Source: Octopus bimaculoides (Eukaryota). From it: a stretch of 40,565 nucleotides of DNA. Numbering within the stretch: the first letter of the stretch is position 1; every line of letters begins with the position of its first letter. Location of the stretch: NCBI RefSeq assembly GCF_001194135.2, contig NC_068990.1, positions 32,552,746 through 32,593,310 on the forward strand. The letters are read 5' to 3'. A program made the translations under genes and the position numbers. Below, in pieces: positions 35,047 through 40,565 of the stretch. The notes under the pieces were generated by a model. That model made no database searches and was not told the DNA's origin. It saw nothing but the letters and a program-made list of their open reading frames with translations.

Positions 35047-35145
35047 CTGTTGGAATTAAACCAGAGTCTGGATCTAATTGGAAGGCATACAAATTTAGTG
35101 ATCGTCTAAATATGTATTCTTGAAAGTCAGATGAAATGAGACGAT
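35047..35145 (-). CDS. Probable 99-nt phase 1-1 coding exon (xRLISSDFQEYIFRRSLNLYAFQLDPDSGLIPT), gene not recognised
   Basis: Acceptor taattatttcag|, donor cag|gtaaat, length a multiple of 3, open frame with non-repetitive protein-like composition. Confidence 0.6.
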
Positions 35146-35790
35146 CTGAAATAATTATTTTGTTTAAAAATTCAGCCACGACTAGTAGTGAGTTAGAACT
35201 CCCTTTGTACATCAGTTAATTTGATTCCTTATCCATTTAGCCAACTCATCTTTACTAGGATCGCTTTCAAATATTATACAAGTTGATCCTTAAAATCAAA
35301 TAAATACTTAACTCACTGGAAATTGAAAAGCAGATAAATGAATGCTTGTACCTGAGTGGAATCTATATGAAGATCCCATGCACTAGAGAGTGTTAAACCG
35401 GGTGATGGATTAAGTGTACACCTGACCAAACAGGAATGAACTTCTACATAGTTTTTATCTGCTAAATTTTCCTTGTGAGGCTTTGACCCAAGGCTATGCG
35501 AGCAGAGTAGTAGGATTGAACCTGAAACTACATATTTGTGAAGGAAACTGCTTAAACAATTTCAAGTCACATATTCTAAAAATGGTTACTCCTTTACTGA
35601 TGCTTCTCACTGTCTCATAGAAGAACTGAATCAGAAATTACTGTGCAGTTATTTGAACTATACAATACTTAATGGTGCAGCTAAGTCTTTTCCAAAGATA
35701 TTCCCTGCTCAATATAAGCATCAAGTCTCCCTTGACTCAATCTTTTTAGCATCAACTTAGCTATTTAGCAATACTGTAGTAGTTTGCCTT

Positions 35791-35998
35791 ACTTCATGTA
35801 GCCGTCAACCCTGTCATCTTTAAAATAAGGCTTGTTTCTTGTAAGCTCTACATTATAGGACTGGTTCGTGTGAAAGACCAAATAATTGTGTCTGGGATAA
35901 TGATACAATGACACTGACGCCGCAGATTTATAGAATATCAAAGTTGTGAGACTTTGACACTGTCCAGGGTCCTTAAGAAGTAATTTTTGTCGCAACAT
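35791..35998 (-). CDS. Candidate exon (MLRQKLLLKDPGQ..KPYFKDDRVDGYMK)
   Basis: Strong donor gaa|gtaagg and an open frame from acceptor catgtag|. Ends in phase 2, so it cannot join 35145 directly. Confidence 0.3.
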
Positions 35999-36261
35999 CT
36001 ACATGTACTTATGTTTATAAAATATGAAATGCCAATGAACTTATTAATGACAAAAAGTACCCACTGTAGACTGCATCCAAGAAAGACTGTAGGGAGAAAG
36101 TAAAGAAAAACTCAATACATACAGTTTGACCAACCTAAGGAAGGGATGTCAAAAAGGGGTTGAGCTCTGATGGATGTGAGTATTTAGTAGAAGCTGAATG
36201 TATAAAGTCAGTGAACTGGTCCAATAGTTTACTGAACAGTATTAGTTACATAAGTAATAGT

Positions 36262-36478
36262 GTTTACAAAATCTTGCACAAGGCCAGTAATTTGAGGGAA
36301 TGGGCTAAGTCAATTACATTGACCCCACTTCTCAACTGGTACTTATTTTATCGACCCTGAAAGGATGAAAGGCAAAGTCGACATCGGTGGAATTTTAGCT
36401 CAGAAAGTAAAGAGGGGCGAAATGCTGCTAAATATTTTGTCTAGCATGCTAATGATTCAGTTAGTTCACCACTTTAGC
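36262..36478 (-). mobile_element. tRNA-derived SINE family C
   Basis: ctggtacttattttatcgaccctgaaaggatgaaaggcaaagtcgac..ctcagaa..catgctaatgattc. Confidence 0.85.
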
Positions 36479-36647
36479 TACATAAGTAATATTATTAATG
36501 CAAAGTATTTTAACCAGAGTGAAAAAGGAAAGGAAGAAGTTTGAAAGTTGTTACATTTATTAGCAATAAATGGTTTCCCTGTCAGTAGAGAAGACAGGCT
36601 ATATGACATGTGTAAGATGTGCCACATATGAGAAAGATCAAAGACCA

Positions 36648-36762
36648 TAATGAAATATATATAAGATGTGTCATACTGTGTAAGATGTAATACTATTTGA
36701 AATATAGGCAAGAAATAAAACTGTAATGAAATATATGTAAGATGTGTCGTACTGTGTAAGAT
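36648..36762. repeat. 39-bp direct repeat spaced 76 bp
   Basis: taatgaaatatat(a/g)taagatgtgtc(a/g)tactgtgtaagat at 36648 and 36724. Confidence 0.85.
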
Positions 36763-37350
36763 ACAAGACTGTATGTGTCATAATGCATGGTTGTGGGACT
36801 TGGCTATCAAATGTGGGTGAGCTAGGGAGGTGGGGGAGAAATGAAAGAGCTATAGGCATCTCCATTCTCCCTCAGCATGAACAATTCATTAAATAAAGCC
36901 TAGCTATTTCACTAACACCCAGGTTAATCCTCTCTACCAGGTGTGGCATATATATTTACCAACTATTCAAACATAATAATTTACCCATTATTCAAGCATA
37001 AATTGTTTACTCATGATTAAATATGGCAATTCAAACAAATTGTAAGACTGGAAATAGCTGGAAAAAAGAATTGTGAGGTGATAAAACAGTTGAGGAAAGA
37101 TTAAGAGCTATGATGAAAGTAAAAGATGACCATTTTGAATTGTAAATATATGTAACATATTGTCAATAAATATAACAATCAACTTGTAAATTTTCATTAA
37201 CCAAAACCTAAAACAATTCATTTTATAATAAAATGAGGGGTAAATATATATATATGCCACACCCGATAAAACTTCTGCTCCATCCATTTTGGATAGTCAA
37301 AAGATGACATTTCTAATTTCAGTTGGCAACCCATTATATTACTCATTATA

Positions 37351-37756
37351 ACTTTACTCTTTTACTTGTTTCAGTCATTCGACTGCGGCCATGCTGGAGC
37401 ACCACCTTTTAGTCGAGCAAATCGACCCCAGGACTTATTCTTTGGAAGCCTAGTCTTATTCTGTCTCTCTTGCCGAAACGCTAAGTTACGGGGACGTAAA
37501 CACACCACCATCGGTTGTCAAGCGATGCTGGGGGGACAAACACAGATACACAAACATACACACACACATATATACAAATATATACATATATACGACGGGC
37601 TTCTTTCAGTTTCCGTCTACCAAATCCACTCACAAGGCTTTGGTTGGCCCGAGGCTATAGAAGAAGACACTTGCTCAAGGTGCCATTCAGTGGGACTGAA
37701 TCCAGAACCATGTGGTTGGTAAGCAAGCTACTTACCACACAGCCACTCCTATGCCT
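37351..37756 (-). mobile_element. SINE B full length, young
   Basis: Reverse complement of 26494-26912. Confidence 0.9.
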
Positions 37757-38875
37757 ATACAATGAAAATAACTTTATACAATTTTCAAATTTATTTAATT
37801 TATTGATTTTTGGTTCATTTTTGCTTGCAGTTTTTTGTTTTATTCTAAAGGAATTCTTTGTTAAAATTGCAGTGTGAATCAACAAACTTTGAAGAGTGGA
37901 CACTTGATGGCTACTCATTCTTAATATTGCAACAGTCTAGAAGAAAGTGATCAAAGTTGTATCAACTAGTCTAGCTATAAGTAACTTGTGTGTGGTGTAG
38001 AAGGTTATACACACACAGATATTACATATATACACATATTCATTTATATACTAATGTATATACACATTATGCACTCACATTATGGACTCACATTTCTTTT
38101 AGACACGAGTATGTCTGTCCTTACACACTCACACCCACTTATACATAACTATTTTGTTCTCCATCGCTTTCTCTCTCTCCATCCACTTCCTGTACACATG
38201 CATACCTCCATCCATATACACTCACCTTCTCACACACATGCAAAAATATCCTATATAATGATTTTCTTTCTGATTTGTCATTTATTTGTTTCATTAAAAG
38301 ATGATAGCGAAATCCTTGTCTTATGTTGTGGCATTGGAACAACCATTAATATCATTTAAACTGGCACAACAATGATAAGAACAGACAGACAGATTATGGT
38401 GGTTAAGAAATTTTGTGAAAAAAAAGAAGTTTTGAATACAAAACAAAAATATCATCGATAACGAAAAATAAACAGGCTGGTGATTTCAGCCACATTTTGG
38501 AATTTGTTAACGGTCATCATTTAAGCCTGATCAAACCAAACCAGATGAGAGGAGATTAATTAAGATAGTTTTACCATTACAAATATATTTGCTTGAAACA
38601 AATTCATCCATTTAAACTTCCTTTTAAGTTGATTTGACAGTTTGGTATTATTTCTGATTTTCTTCTTTTAGTTAAATGTGAATGTACTCTCTCTCTCTCT
38701 TTCCCCCACATTCTCTCTCTAGTCACACACACATGTATGTATACACACACACACACGCACTATAATAGATGTATGTATACACTCTGATGCATGTATAACA
38801 TTGATATCCTAATTCATTGGTTTTGTATTGTTTACAGCTTTACTGTAATGGAGCTAAGTTCAATATAGCAACTAT

Positions 38876-39050
38876 AGGCATGTGGTTAAGAAGCTAGTCT
38901 CCCAAGCATGTGGTTTCCAGTTCTTCCCCACTGGGCAGCACTTTAAGTAAGTGTCTGCTACTATAACCCACCCTGGGTTCACCAAAACCTTTTGAGTAGA
39001 TTTAGCTGATAAAAATTAAAAAAGAAACCTGCTGTAGATATATATATAGG
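38876..39050 (+). mobile_element. Degenerate SINE B head
   Basis: gtggttaagaagct..ccaagcatgtggtt..aagtgtctgctactata..aaaaccttttgagtagattt. Confidence 0.6.
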
Positions 39051-39072
39051 ATTTTACAACACCCATATAATA

Positions 39073-39277
39073 TTCTTTTGTTCTTTTACTTGTTTCAGTC
39101 ATTTGACTGCGGCCATGCTGGAGCACCGCCTTTAGTCGAATCAAATCGACCCCAGGACTTATTCTTTGTAAGCCTAGTACTTATTCTATCGGTCTCTTTT
39201 TGCCGAACCGATAAGTTACGGGGACCTAAACACACCACCATCGGTTGTCAAGCGATGTTGAGGGGACAAACACAGAC
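39073..39277 (-). mobile_element. SINE B 3' half running into the gap
   Basis: Near-identical to 37355-37550. Confidence 0.9.
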
Positions 39278-39724
39278 NNNNNNNNNNNNNNNNNNNNNNN
39301 NNNNNNNNNNNNNNNNNNNNNNNNNNNNNNNNNNNNNNNNNNNNNNNNNNNNNNNNNNNNNNNNNNNNNNNNNNNNNNNNNNNNNNNNNNNNNNNNNNNN
39401 NNNNNNNNNNNNNNNNNNNNNNNNNNNNNNNNNNNNNNNNNNNNNNNNNNNNNNNNNNNNNNNNNNNNNNNNNNNNNNNNNNNNNNNNNNNNNNNNNNNN
39501 NNNNNNNNNNNNNNNNNNNNNNNNNNNNNNNNNNNNNNNNNNNNNNNNNNNNNNNNNNNNNNNNNNNNNNNNNNNNNNNNNNNNNNNNNNNNNNNNNNNN
39601 NNNNNNNNNNNNNNNNNNNNNNNNNNNNNNNNNNNNNNNNNNNNNNNNNNNNNNNNNNNNNNNNNNNNNNNNNNNNNNNNNNNNNNNNNNNNNNNNNNNN
39701 NNNNNNNNNNNNNNNNNNNNNNNN
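39278..39724. other. Assembly gap
   Basis: N run. Confidence 1.
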
Positions 39725-39894
39725 ACGTATTTTCAACTCATAATTTTACCACGTGTTGTTTACTGAATCTCCAGTATTTTTGCTCCTTATATTTATATAT
39801 ATATATATATATATATATACATACAAACAATATATGAGTATATGCATATATATGTACATGTATGTATATACCTTCATCCACATGTACATATAGA

Positions 39895-40140
39895 TACATA
39901 ACTGGGTACATGACGTGGTAAAAGAACATGGACAAAATGGTAAACAAGGTGCAACAAACAAGCAGGCCACATAGAAACATCCCCTTCATCAGCTGCCACC
40001 ATTAAAACCCTGGCGTTTCGAAGAATTAAGGCAGTATGCATCGTTAAAATGGTTCCTCCCATGAACACAAATTAAATTGTTTTCATGGACGGTAGTGGCT
40101 GACGGAAAACAAGACAAGAAAACAAAACGGTGAAATACAC
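39895..40140. repeat. Probable interspersed repeat end (possibly Penelope-like)
   Basis: CpG-rich relative to its flanks and carries cttcatcag / gcgtttcg motifs. The family assignment is from memory and weak. Confidence 0.3.
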
Positions 40141-40524
40141 ACACACACAGAGGGTATGTCAGTTTTTTAGGACACCTACTTTAAGGGTTCTAACTTGCTT
40201 CTAATTTATTCTTTTACTTTAGTTTTCAGATAAATAATGTCCGACATCAGGATGACTCAGCAAATGAAAAGGTACACTGTAATCATTGCCTTAAATGTGC
40301 AGCGTAGTGATACAGATATAGCTCACTTGCTGAAAGTTGTTTGATCTGTGGTCAAAGTTTGAAAGGAGCTGGAAACTGCTGACAGGAATCCAATAACAGC
40401 AGCTAAACACAAAACACATGCGCAGGGTTCTAATACAATCAGAACATATAACATTGTATAAAAAGTTCAAGAAATTTTCAATAAAATCCTTGAGAAGTCA
40501 ATTAAAAAAAGAATATATATATAT

Positions 40525-40565
<41 letters not shown>

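Noticed and set aside
39975-40025. Hammerhead ribozyme (GAAAC and CTGATGA on the minus strand)
   Set aside because: Core words are present, but there is no stem I or UH cleavage triplet in a workable order

Overview
AT-rich, repeat-dense eukaryotic DNA with four assembly gaps. The SINE/LINE repertoire and microsatellite load suggest a coleoid cephalopod, probably Octopus; this is inferred from repeat recognition, not from a search. No complete, nameable protein-coding gene is visible, and nearly all ORF-track entries are microsatellite, N-gap or repeat artefacts. Recognisable content: many 5'-truncated RTE-LINE 3' ends with (GAT)n tails; at least three tRNA-derived SINE families (called B, C, D here); an R4/Dong-type LINE C-terminal fragment; an APE-endonuclease LINE fragment; two divergently oriented Tc1 transposase relics, one with a TIR; and several MITEs and mini/microsatellites. 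Splice-signal reading gives candidate exons of a + strand gene (signal-peptide exon with a GC donor, then a 51/75-nt exon) and of a - strand gene (99-nt exon plus a possible terminal exon). The most interesting pattern is three fold-back inverted duplications at LINE 5' truncation points, two of them centred on small intrinsic hairpins. Also notable are a candidate exon broken only by a UAG in ADAR-preferred context, a template-switch duplication, and a minisatellite that switches period from 31 to 34 bp.
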